Virus record (IMG/VR): IMGVR_UViG_3300009702_000021
Coordinates: 19,008-83,007 of that record
Direction: 5' to 3' (one strand)
Source: a virus
Length of the DNA: 64,000 nt
The translations under genes and the position numbers were made by a program. Positions 37,696 to 47,189 of the stretch are shown piece after piece. Numbering within the stretch: position 1 is the first letter of the stretch; the number at the start of each line of letters is the position of its first letter. Under the pieces are notes generated by a model that saw only the letters and a program-made list of their open reading frames with translations, searched no databases and was not told where the DNA came from.

Positions 37696-38505
37696 ATGCC
37701 ACGCACAGTCGGATGGGAAGACAAGTCGATCACTGGAGGCCGGGGAGGGCCAGACAAGGAGCGCAGGTTCCGGGGCGTAAAGGGGACGACGTTCGTCGTC
37801 AGGGTCGTCACGGACTGTGAGGAGTACCGGAAGCACTTCGTCGATGACGTGTTGGAGCCGAGCAAGAGTGGCGAGGCCAGGGGGTTCAACATGAACTGCT
37901 CGAAGACCTGGAACGACGAGCTGGAGGACTACGACGGAGAGTGCATCGGCTGCGAACGGGAGTACGAGACCTCGACCAGCTACATCGCCGGCATCCTGGT
38001 GCTCGGGTTCTACAAGGGCCGGTCGACGCGCGTGCAGCGGCAGGACCCCGAGAACGCGGTCCACTACTGGGACTTCGGTCCGGACAAGTACCGCCAGATC
38101 AGCGACATCGTTCTGGACCTCCAGCGGAGCAAGAAGCCGAAGAAGTTGGCCCAGGTGGAGCTGACGGTGAAGTGCGAGGACGAGCACTACCAGAAGTTGA
38201 ACATCGCGATCGGAACTGGAGACCCGATCATGGACAAGGAGAACGCCCGCGACTACCTCGACTGCTGGAAGGAGGAGGGCCCCGCGCTGATCAAGGCCGC
38301 CTCGGAGGCTCCCAGCATCGCGGAGCAGAAGCGTCGGCTCAAGCCCAAGCGGAAGCGCGATGATGACCGTGGTGATGGCAGTGAGGACGAGAAGCGGACG
38401 AACAAGAGGACTCCCAAGCGCCGGAGCAAGAAGCCAGACCCGGAGCCGGACGATGACCAGGACGGAGGTGACGAGGACCTCGACTCCCTGCTGGATGACA
38501 TCTAG
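37696..38505 (+). CDS. Putative single-stranded DNA-binding protein (gp32-like)
   Basis: H..C..CxxC Zn ligands; acidic tail ending DLDSLLDDI. Confidence 0.6.
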   Translation: MPRTVGWEDKSITGGRGGPDKERRFRGVKGTTFVVRVVTDCEEYRKHFVDDVLEPSKSGEARGFNMNCSKTWNDELEDYDGECIGCEREYETSTSYIAGILVLGFYKGRSTRVQRQDPENAVHYWDFGPDKYRQISDIVLDLQRSKKPKKLAQVELTVKCEDEHYQKLNIAIGTGDPIMDKENARDYLDCWKEEGPALIKAASEAPSIAEQKRRLKPKRKRDDDRGDGSEDEKRTNKRTPKRRSKKPDPEPDDDQDGGDEDLDSLLDDI

Positions 38506-38508
38506 GGA

Positions 38509-38544
38509 TCTTGGTGGGGCCTGCTCAGTCAGGCCCCACCAAGA
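38509..38544 (+). terminator. Strong hairpin after the SSB-like gene
   Basis: tcttggtggggcctg-N6-caggccccaccaaga 15-bp stem; no U-tract. Confidence 0.5.
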
Positions 38545-38581
38545 CCTGACCTTGCGGTACCGCAAAGTGAAGGAGGTTGAA

Positions 38582-39022
38582 GTGTTCAAGACGACGCTAA
38601 AGCTGGCCGGGGTCACGTTCCCTAACCCGGACGGGACTGCGCGTCAGGACATCCTAGGGGTGCTCTATGACGAGTACTGGACTGAGGACCTGGAGCAGGA
38701 GATCAAGCTGGAGCTACGGCCGGAGCCGGACAACAAGTACGACAGCAACGCCGTCGCTGTGTTCTGCACTGCCCCTGAGGATGCCGTGGGCCAGATCGGC
38801 TACGTCCCGGCGGAGCAGGCCGCGATGGTCGGTACTGCTATCACGGAGGGACGCCTGAGGTCAGCCGAGTTCGATGAGATGGGCTGTGCCCGTGGTAACC
38901 GAATCTGGGCACGTCTCCACATTGAGATGAGGTCAGAGCATGACTCCCCAGAGGACCCGTTCGGGGACGACGCCGAGTTCCTGACGGACGAGGACGGGAC
39001 GACCTACAGGGTTATCGGATAA
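38582..39022 (+). CDS. HIRAN domain protein
   Basis: LAGVTF...L.PEPDNKYDSNAVAV...IGYVP. Confidence 0.8.
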   Translation: MFKTTLKLAGVTFPNPDGTARQDILGVLYDEYWTEDLEQEIKLELRPEPDNKYDSNAVAVFCTAPEDAVGQIGYVPAEQAAMVGTAITEGRLRSAEFDEMGCARGNRIWARLHIEMRSEHDSPEDPFGDDAEFLTDEDGTTYRVIG

Positions 39023-39160
39023 GGACTCATGTAGATCGACTGGGACACGGTGAAGCAACTCCACATGAGGCTCGACAACGCGCGGGACGATTATAGGCTC
39101 AAGGAGGAGCGCGGATAGAGGCCCATGATGAGGAGACGAAGGCTAGGAACAACAAGACAA

Positions 39161-39232
39161 AGCGGTGTAGCTCAGTGGTAGAGCGGCGGTCTTATGAGCC
39201 GTTAGCCGGGGGTTCGATCCCCTCCATCGCCA
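39161..39232 (+). tRNA. tRNA-Ile with TAT anticodon
   Basis: D-arm GCTC/GAGC; anticodon loop CT-TAT-GA; T-arm GGGGG-TTCGATC-CCCTC; A1-C72 mismatch. Confidence 0.7.
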
Positions 39233-39234
39233 AT

Positions 39235-39318
39235 GGTCCTGGTAGCTCAGTTGGTAGAGCGTATCCAGTGAAATATCTGGGTAAGGTGTCACGGGTTCGA
39301 TCCCCGTCCAGGGCCACC
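39235..39318 (+). tRNA. Atypical tRNA with an extended anticodon arm (identity unclear, His or Phe)
   Basis: Canonical acceptor, D and T arms; 7-bp stem TATCCAG/CTGGGTA with 8-nt loop; possible G-1:C73 pair. Confidence 0.55.
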
Positions 39319-39442
39319 TCATACAAACGTCCTGTGGGTCCCGTAGCGGGTTCCGTGGCGGGTCGCAGGATAGATTCGGGACCCGGTCTCCCCGCCGGGT
39401 CCCGAATCGCTTACACAGTCAGAGACGCATCCTGGAGGCTAC

Positions 39443-40099
39443 GTGGCAGGACGAGTCAGGAAGCGTAAGCAGCAGAAACTATATGTCGGAGTCGACCCGG
39501 GAAAAGAGGGGTTTATCTGCGCCGTTGACCACCGCTGTCACATCAGAGTCATGTGGTCGATTCCCTACGCCGGGAAGCAGATCGATGAGGTCCTGTTGGC
39601 GAAGATGATCATCGCGCTGGTCAAGTCCGGGGCCCAGGTGTTCTTCTTGGAGCACCAGCAGCCGCACGCGAAGGAAGGCGCGGTCGGGGCCCACAGCGGT
39701 GGGACTGCCTACGGCGCCCTGAGGATGGCCTGTGCCATGGCCGGGATCCTGGGCAAGGTGCCCTACGAGATCCTCCGGCCGGAGGACTGGAAGCGCAGGG
39801 CGAAGATCCCGGTGCCATCCGTCCCGAAGGCTAAGCTGCCGCCGGAGCCGGAGAAGACTAAGAAGGCCGACCACCGACGCTGGAAGAAGGAGGTTGAGAA
39901 GATCAAGGCCAAGCGGAGCCGGGAGGTTAAGAAAAGGCGGAAGGCCCACAGTATCGCGATGGCCGAGCGCCTCCAGCCGCACTATGACTTCTACAAGACC
40001 GCGAGGTCGAAGGGACCACACGACGGCAAGTGCGAATCGTTCTTGCTGGCGAGAGAGGCCTGGAAGCAGGCCCGAGGGATTAGAGACGATGCCACCTAA
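39443..40099 (+). CDS. ruvC: RuvC-like Holliday junction resolvase
   Basis: VGVDPGK.G, FLE, P..WK, HDG..ES.LLA. Confidence 0.75.
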   Translation: MAGRVRKRKQQKLYVGVDPGKEGFICAVDHRCHIRVMWSIPYAGKQIDEVLLAKMIIALVKSGAQVFFLEHQQPHAKEGAVGAHSGGTAYGALRMACAMAGILGKVPYEILRPEDWKRRAKIPVPSVPKAKLPPEPEKTKKADHRRWKKEVEKIKAKRSREVKKRRKAHSIAMAERLQPHYDFYKTARSKGPHDGKCESFLLAREAWKQARGIRDDAT

Positions 40100-42332
40100 G
40101 ACAAAGAAGAAGGCCAAGCGGAAGGCCAAGCCGACCGCGAAGAAGCAGCAGCGCGCCGCGGTCAAGAAGGCCGCCAAGCAGGACTCCGGCGGGACCCTCG
40201 CAGAGCGCCGCGCGAAGATCCGGGAGCGCTATGACCGACAAGTAGTGGTCTACGCCGATGACCCGCCAGCAGAGTTTGCACCGATTGACTTCGTCATGCT
40301 TGCCCGGCTGCTCGGTGGAGGGATCAAGCAGGGTGCAGTGGTCGAGATCGCGGGCTGGGAGGACTCAGGGAAGATGCAGCACGTTGACGAGCCTGTCTTG
40401 ACTCCGACTGGCTGGAAGAGGATCGGCGACCTCGTGATCGGCGACCTCGTGATCGGAGCGGACGGGAAGCCCACCCCCGTTGATGGCGTGTTCCCACAGG
40501 GGGTCCTCGAGTCCTACGAAGTGACGTTCTCAGACGGAGCGAAGACTGAGTGTGGAGACGAGCACCTGTGGCTCACCAGGACCATGCTGGACCGTGAGAG
40601 GGGCACTCCTGGCTCGGTGAAGACCCTCTCGGACATTCGTAGGACCATCAGGCGCGGCCGGAATCCCAACCACTCGATCCCCCTGGTGTCCCCGGTCGAG
40701 TTTGCGGTACCTCAAGACCTCCCGATTGACCCGTATACCCTGGGCCTCCTGATCGGGGACGGGAGCATCATCGGGTCCAGTGTCGTCCTCCATAACCCAG
40801 AGAGGGATGTCGTCGATCGGTTTGAGTCAGGTCTCCCCTACGGTGACCTGACCAGCCCCTACGAGTCTCCAGGTAAGTGCCTGGCTACGAGAGTCAGGAG
40901 CCCAGTGATGTCTGCCTCGTCAGCTACGGCAGAGGCCCTGCGGGACCTGGGGCTAGCTGGGTGTCGCTCCTACGAGAAGTTCATTCCCGAACCCTATCGG
41001 TTCGCCTCGATTGAGGACCGTCGCAACCTGCTCCTTGGGCTCATGGACACGGACGGGACGGTCGACAAGCCGGGTCAGCCGTCGGTGTCCTACTCGACAT
41101 CATCGGAGCGTCTCGCGGACGACGTCGCCTTCCTGGTGCGTTCACTGGGTGGTATCGCCCGGACGACGAGCAGGATTCCGCGCTACAAGTACAGGGGCCT
41201 GCTCAAGAATGGCCGGAGGACCTATCGGATTTCGATTCAATTCCCCTGTGGGTGGTGCCCGGTGTCGAGCGAGAAGCACGTCTCTCGCTGGAGCCCACCG
41301 AGGCTGATCAAGCACCGGAGCATCGTCGGGGTCCGTGCTGTCGGGGCTAAGGAGAGTGTCTGCATCAGCGTTGCTGCACCTGACGGGCTCTACGTGACTC
41401 GCGACTTTATCGTCACCCACAACACGTCTCTAGTGGTTGCTATCGCGGGGATGATCCAGCGCGCTGCACCGGAGGGTAAGAAGCACGTTGTCATGGTCAA
41501 CTTCGAGATCGTCGAGGACCGCGTCTGGTGGGCCACGCTCGGGCTCCAGACCGATGACGACCACTTCACCATGATCGCCAACGTCCCTCTCGAGGAGGGG
41601 ATCGGGGCCCTCGCTGACCTGATCCGGTCCGGGGAGGTCTGCTGTGCCATCGTGGACTCGGTCTACGCCGCGTCATCACGGGCGAATGACGAGCTTCTCA
41701 ACAACTGGGCGGACCCGAAGGGCAAGCAGGGTGGCGGAGGAGGGATCGGTGTCGAGGCCCGCCAGTGGGGCGTAGCCTGGACTGCCATGAAGGGCCTGTT
41801 CACCGAGTTCGGCGTGATCTGCCTGGCGGTCAATCAGGTCAGGATCAAGATCGAGATGGGAGGTGGGGGTAAGAAGTCGTATGGGCCTCCGCCGACCACG
41901 ACGCCGCGGGGCAGCGCGCTCAAGTTCTACGCCTGGATTCGGCTCGAGCTGACCGGACGGCTCCTGGTCGACGACAAGAACAAGAAGCGCACCGACGTCG
42001 ACGGCCGGCAGATCAGGATCCGGGTCATCAAGAACAAGACCTCGGGCGACCAGCGCGGGCTCTGCCACTACGACCTCATCCGCGGTCAGGGATTCGACCT
42101 CACGAACGAGCTGATTGAGCTTGCCAAGGAGGCAGGTGCGATCCGTCAGAAGGGCGGCTGGTACTACATCGGGAAGGCCACCAAGGTCCAGGGCGCGGCG
42201 AAGCTGCGCGCGTGGGTCGAGGCCGAGCCCCGGCGCCGGGATGTCCTCCGGCAGGTCGTCAAGAGGTATCTGAGTAAGGTCGATGACGACGAGCTGTTTG
42301 AGGAGGTCAACCTCGATGCCGATGACGAGTAG
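40089..42332 (+). CDS. recA: RecA-like recombinase containing an intein
   Basis: VEIAGWEDSGK|T, IVDSV, NQVR.KI, TPRGSALKFYA, KNK, GGWY. Confidence 0.9.
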   Translation: MPPKTKKKAKRKAKPTAKKQQRAAVKKAAKQDSGGTLAERRAKIRERYDRQVVVYADDPPAEFAPIDFVMLARLLGGGIKQGAVVEIAGWEDSGKMQHVDEPVLTPTGWKRIGDLVIGDLVIGADGKPTPVDGVFPQGVLESYEVTFSDGAKTECGDEHLWLTRTMLDRERGTPGSVKTLSDIRRTIRRGRNPNHSIPLVSPVEFAVPQDLPIDPYTLGLLIGDGSIIGSSVVLHNPERDVVDRFESGLPYGDLTSPYESPGKCLATRVRSPVMSASSATAEALRDLGLAGCRSYEKFIPEPYRFASIEDRRNLLLGLMDTDGTVDKPGQPSVSYSTSSERLADDVAFLVRSLGGIARTTSRIPRYKYRGLLKNGRRTYRISIQFPCGWCPVSSEKHVSRWSPPRLIKHRSIVGVRAVGAKESVCISVAAPDGLYVTRDFIVTHNTSLVVAIAGMIQRAAPEGKKHVVMVNFEIVEDRVWWATLGLQTDDDHFTMIANVPLEEGIGALADLIRSGEVCCAIVDSVYAASSRANDELLNNWADPKGKQGGGGGIGVEARQWGVAWTAMKGLFTEFGVICLAVNQVRIKIEMGGGGKKSYGPPPTTTPRGSALKFYAWIRLELTGRLLVDDKNKKRTDVDGRQIRIRVIKNKTSGDQRGLCHYDLIRGQGFDLTNELIELAKEAGAIRQKGGWYYIGKATKVQGAAKLRAWVEAEPRRRDVLRQVVKRYLSKVDDDELFEEVNLDADDE
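40374..41423 (+). mobile_element. Class 3-type intein with LAGLIDADG endonuclease, in the RecA Walker A
   Basis: Begins with Met; EHLW, VCISV, THN followed by T; LGLLIGDG and LGLMDTDG motifs. Confidence 0.9.
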
Positions 42333-42381
42333 GGCGCCGTCCTAGGCATTGAGGTTATAGGAACGGCAGTGGTAACCTCTA

Positions 42382-42672
42382 GTGGTGATTAGTCCGCACA
42401 TCAGATTCGACGTCAGGATCAGCGCTCGCCTGTGGCGAAAGTGGCTGAAGGCCAACCCGCAATTTATCCAGGTCGGGAGGGCCCATGACCCGGACCAGAC
42501 TGAGGCGGCTGCGATCCTCGAATCGTTGTTGGCAACGATCCTGACGAGTGACCTACTGAAGGTACATCGCACTCCTCTAACCGATACGAGCACGGCCCTC
42601 ATGCTGGCGGTCGGTCACGTCGAGGTAACCGAGGAAGGCCTAGTCAAGGATCAGGATCCTGAGGAGAGCTAG
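42382..42672 (+). CDS. Hypothetical protein
   Basis: ORF track only. Confidence 0.35.
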   Translation: MVISPHIRFDVRISARLWRKWLKANPQFIQVGRAHDPDQTEAAAILESLLATILTSDLLKVHRTPLTDTSTALMLAVGHVEVTEEGLVKDQDPEES

Positions 42673-42709
42673 GTCGGGCTTGCGGTACCGCAAGCCCGAC
42701 CTAGCTCTC
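42664..42709. repeat. Perfect 46-bp palindrome centred on the 14-bp motif
   Basis: gagagctaggtcgggcttgcggt|accgcaagcccgacctagctctc. Confidence 0.9.
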
Positions 42710-42871
42710 AGGCGTGAAGTCATCACGATGGTCAGGATTCAGCAGTGACCCTCCGCTCGGAGACCCACCGACATGGATGTTCTGGCTGGGAGTCACCATC
42801 GTCGTCGCCTACCTACTCATGGAGGCGCTGACCTAGCTGACCTGGCGGTATAGTCCCAGCAGGAGGAAGCA

Positions 42872-43341
42872 GTGACCGAACCGGCGTTTAGGTACCCGCT
42901 GAAGGACAACACCTACCGGGTCATCGACGGAGACACAGTGTCCGTGCTGATAGACCGAGGGTGGGGAGACTGGCGGAAGGTCTCAGTCAGGATCCTCGGT
43001 GTTGATGCCCCGGAGTCCAGGACCCGCAAGAACCTGCTCGAGCGCGAGGCCGGCGGGATGGTCACGACGTCGTCAAGGCCTGGCTCACAGAGAAGGTCGC
43101 GGCCTCCACGGCATCTCAGCTGTTCGCCTCGTCCGAGGAACGGCCCAAGTACTTCGGTCGGGTGATCGGTCGGCTCTGGGTCGATGACCTCACGCTCGAC
43201 GGCAGCGAGCTGTCTAGGTTCCTGATCGATGGCGCATTCGTCCGGCCATACAGCGGAGGAAGGCGGGGGGAGTGGTCGGCGGATACCCTGAGGTCGATCA
43301 TCGAGAGTGCCAGGGATTATCTAGGTGAGTCAGATGGCTAA
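42872..43341 (+). pseudogene. Thermonuclease (SNase-like), frameshifted near 43066
   Basis: VIDGDT..VRILGVDAPE in the first frame; KYFGRVIG...L..G...PY.GG continues in the -1 frame to TAA at 43339-43341. Confidence 0.7.
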
Positions 43342-43405
43342 AAACCCCCACCACCACTAGCTCTCGCTCCCATCTCCTGCGTTTAATAGAGAGCAGGAGA
43401 CGAAG

Positions 43406-43738
43406 ATGAGAATGACTACCGTCATCCTCTGGGTTAACAACGCAGAGCAGCCGTACGATCACGGAGGCGTCGTCGAATACATCGATGGATACCTCGAGGC
43501 GACCTACGGTGAGGGGATGTTGACCCGCGTGGACCACCGCGGAGGAGGAGATGCTCGCGGCGAAGGCTACGTCTACCTGTTTACCGCCAGGGACCTCGAC
43601 GTTACGGAGTTCGTTGACGTGGTCCACAACGCGCCATGGAAGCACCAGGGCACGAGCACCCTGATGATCCACTGTCCCGGCTGGGACGCGCCTCACGTCT
43701 ACGCCACCGGAGACCCGATCCCGCTGAGGCAGGCATGA
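43406..43738 (+). CDS. Hypothetical protein
   Basis: AGGAG RBS. Confidence 0.55.
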   Translation: MRMTTVILWVNNAEQPYDHGGVVEYIDGYLEATYGEGMLTRVDHRGGGDARGEGYVYLFTARDLDVTEFVDVVHNAPWKHQGTSTLMIHCPGWDAPHVYATGDPIPLRQA

Positions 43739-43799
43739 GCTACCTGAGGCTAGACGCCGCGGGCTACGACCTGAACATAGCCATGATCATGGTGTCCTG

Positions 43800-44846
43800 A
43801 TGTCTCACCTCCGAAAGGTCGGGATCAGGGCCTACCGGAGCATCACCAAGGCGAACCTCAGGCTCGGGGAGGTCACGGTGATCATCGGGCATTCAGATTG
43901 CGGAAAGTCGAATGTGGTCCGTGCGCTCCGGGACTGGGCGTTCAACGTCGCCGGGACCAGCTTCATCACCCTAGGACAGCAGCAGGCCAGGATCGCCGTT
44001 GCAGTCGGAGAATCCTGCCGGGTCATGTTCGAGAAGTCGGTCAATAACAAGAAGGGCGCGAGCCGCTACGCAGTACAGGACGCCAGGACCGGCGAGAGCC
44101 ACTCGTTTGAGAAGGTAGGACTCAACGTGCCCCCGGAGGTCCAGGACGTCACCGGGATCGGTGAGATGGACATCGACAAGGACACCCGGATCAGGATCCA
44201 GTTCGCGGAACAGGATGACCCTTGGTTCCTGCTGAGCAAGTCCTGGAGCCCCGGACGGGTAGCGAAGGTGGTAGGCAAGATCAGCGGTGTTGACGCCCTG
44301 ATCCTTGGACAGCGAGACGTCATGCTGGAGCGGAACAGCCAGCGCAAGGTCCTCAAGGACGCGACCGCCGTTGAGGAGTCGGCCCAGCAGGCGCTGGAGG
44401 GCCTCTCCTGGGCCCGAGAGGCCAGGGAGCGGTTAGACTCCGCCCTGGTAGTCGAACGACGCCTGACGGGCCGGAAACGAAGCCTGGCGACATCCCAGCG
44501 CCACGTCGTCCACCTGAGGGGGCTCCGACTGCGCCAGGCAGCGGTCCAGGGGGTCTACGGGGCCCTGAAGCAGGTTTGCCTCGAGGTCGACGAGTCCGGT
44601 TACCTGGCCGACCTGGGCCGGCTCCGGGAGGCCACGGCGCGGCACCGGGAGGTCGAGCGGACCACGGAGCGCCTGGAGCGCGTCCGGGCCGAGCACGTTG
44701 CGGCGAAGGAGCAGCTTACCTACGCGGCGAAAGAGCTGAAGAAGGCAGCGCGGGCTGGAGGGACGGAGTGCCCGCTGTGCGGTCAGGGCTCCCACCCGGG
44801 GTGCCTCGAGGGGCTCGCCCGCGAAGCCGAGGAGGCAGCACGGTGA
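43800..44846 (+). CDS. sbcC: SbcC/Rad50-like ATPase, N-terminal half
   Basis: GHSDCGKS Walker A, Q-loop, coiled coil, CPLCG zinc hook at the C-terminus. Confidence 0.8.
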   Translation: MSHLRKVGIRAYRSITKANLRLGEVTVIIGHSDCGKSNVVRALRDWAFNVAGTSFITLGQQQARIAVAVGESCRVMFEKSVNNKKGASRYAVQDARTGESHSFEKVGLNVPPEVQDVTGIGEMDIDKDTRIRIQFAEQDDPWFLLSKSWSPGRVAKVVGKISGVDALILGQRDVMLERNSQRKVLKDATAVEESAQQALEGLSWAREARERLDSALVVERRLTGRKRSLATSQRHVVHLRGLRLRQAAVQGVYGALKQVCLEVDESGYLADLGRLREATARHREVERTTERLERVRAEHVAAKEQLTYAAKELKKAARAGGTECPLCGQGSHPGCLEGLAREAEEAAR

Positions 44847-47189
44847 ACGACGCTCGACTGGCTGAGGTGATGAAGAATCTCACGGGGCGCGCAGAGCTAC
44901 CAGGTGACCTGGTGCGGGTCGAGGACGGGGTGACACGGGACGAGCTTCGCCGGGCCCTAACGGACCTCGCGAATCTTCGCCGGGCCGACCGGAACCTCAG
45001 GATCATGGGCAAGGCAGTCAGGATCACAGTAGTCAGCGACCTCTGCACGGCCCTCCGGGAGAGCATCGCCCTGCAAGCACACTACGCCGCGCTGCTGAAC
45101 ATGCACGACGGCGGCGAGCGAGTGATCTTCCACACCGTCGATGAGTGGGAGACCCGGCTGAGGGAGATCGGCAAGCTATGAGCAACTGGCCCGGGGACAG
45201 CATTGACTGGCGTGGTATCCGGCCCGGAGACTTGGTCACCATGGTTCCGGCTTCGTCCTCTCCGACCGCCCAGCGAGGCTATGTCGTCACCAAGCCTGAC
45301 GGCCGGCTGGCTCTCGCATACTGGGACTCCAAGAGTGCCGTGATGGCCCAGCACATGCTCGACCTCTGGGCAGCGGCCGGCCAATGCACCCGGACGAAGA
45401 GGGAGGCCAGGAAGCTGGCCTCAGGACGGCAGCCGTGAGTGACGACATCGACGACCTGATGGACGAGATCAAGTCCCTGCCCCCCATCGAGCGCGCGTGC
45501 TGCCACAAGGCTAATCCGTGCTGGGACTGCCCACTTGCGGTACCGCAAACCGAGGCGTGAGGAGACGACATGAGCAGCAACATCGTGAGGCTCTGTGGGC
45601 GACGTGGGCTCATGGCCTGGTGTCATAGCTGTGTGGACTGGGAGCCGTTCACCACAGGACCCAGCGGGTGTAGTCACTGTAGGGTCTGCCGGAAGCCTAT
45701 GCCCGAGGTATACAGCTACGCGGATAGCGCTCCTCCGACTAGGACGTGGAAGCAACAGGCGGAGGTCCAGCCCGAGGCACCGGAGCGAGAGCCGACGTGG
45801 TGGCTCTACACCGAGTATGACGAGGCCGGAGTGGTCCGGTCAGCAGCGACGCCGGAGGATACCCTTAGGGACGCCCTAGCGGCCGGATGGTGCCCGACCG
45901 GAGAGGTCTTCGCCTACCGGCTGGTCGACATGGAGATCCTCGGATGCTACCGAGACGGGGAGCTGTTCCTGGATGGAGCAGTCGGTCCAGAGACGCCAAG
46001 TAAGGAGTGGTGTTGCACGGTCTGTGGGTCCCTGATCCCAGATGACATGGTCTCGGTAGCGAACGCAGACGGTAGTGGACGTCGTCACGTTATCGGGTCA
46101 CCGAACTGCCACCCCGGGAGCCCCCAGTGACCCTGACCGAACTCGAGGACCGCCTGACCGAGATCCGCAGGATCGCCTCGGCGTCAGGCCAGAAGCCGGG
46201 TAGTTACCTGGTCGAGATCCTTTCCAGCGACCCGGAGGGACTCATCAGCATCGCTTTGAAGAGCGTGAAGGTTGACCACAGGAGGAACACCATCACCCTA
46301 CGGACGTGGAGCTAACATGGTGCATGCCTCTTACGGTCTCGGTGGTGCTGGTCTTCGCAGAGTCGCCCGAGGTCGCCCGGAAGTGGATCGCCGCTCACCA
46401 GCGACCAGGGGTGATCTTCGCCTACGCCTACCGCTGGTCGTCGATCGTCGGCCGGAACCGCGAGAGCACATTCTGGGCCCGCGTCGGGGAGTGGTGGCGA
46501 ATCGAGTCCAACGAGGAAGCGATCTGGTGGGCCAAGGACAACGGTTACCAGGAGTGGTCCTGTGAGCTACTGGATCGTGACCTATGAGTACGACTCGTTA
46601 AACCCGCACGCCTCGAAGCGCTACGAGACCGAGGTCTGTGAGGGTGACCTAGGGGTGTGGTGGGCCGACAAGCTCGAGTGGTATCGGCGCTATGCCGATG
46701 AGGGCCGCGAGTCCGAGAGGATCGCCGAGGAAGATGGCCGCAAGGTTCCGCTCGCTGATCGACGCTACTCGGTCAAGCTCTCCATCATCAACGCGACACC
46801 GATCCTCAGGAGGGGCTACGAGCGCCTCAAGGAACTTACTGGATGAAGTGGAAGCTGATGCACCTGGTGACGTCGCATGACCTCGAGATGAACCGCCGCT
46901 GGTGGAGCGCCGACGGGGAGTGGGTACGCGCCTGGAGTGAGGGTCGGATCTACGACTCAAGGATGTCCGCCCGGATGGGGCGCAAGGTCGCGGTCAAGCG
47001 CAGCGGGCTCCAGGACACCAAGCGGGTCCGGCTCGTCCCGGTCTGTGACGACGGGGGCCGGTGCCACCACGACTGTATGCCCGAGGACTACGCCGAGGGG
47101 CAGGGGTGCTTCCGGCGCCAGCACGCCTCGCCACTCTCCGCGACGGGGCACGAGACCTGGGAAGCGTTCGACAACGCAGCGGAGACCGA

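Noticed and set aside
39732-40088. N-terminal extension of the RecA ORF in the track
   Set aside because: Overlaps ruvC out of frame; the ATG at 40089 is the more plausible start
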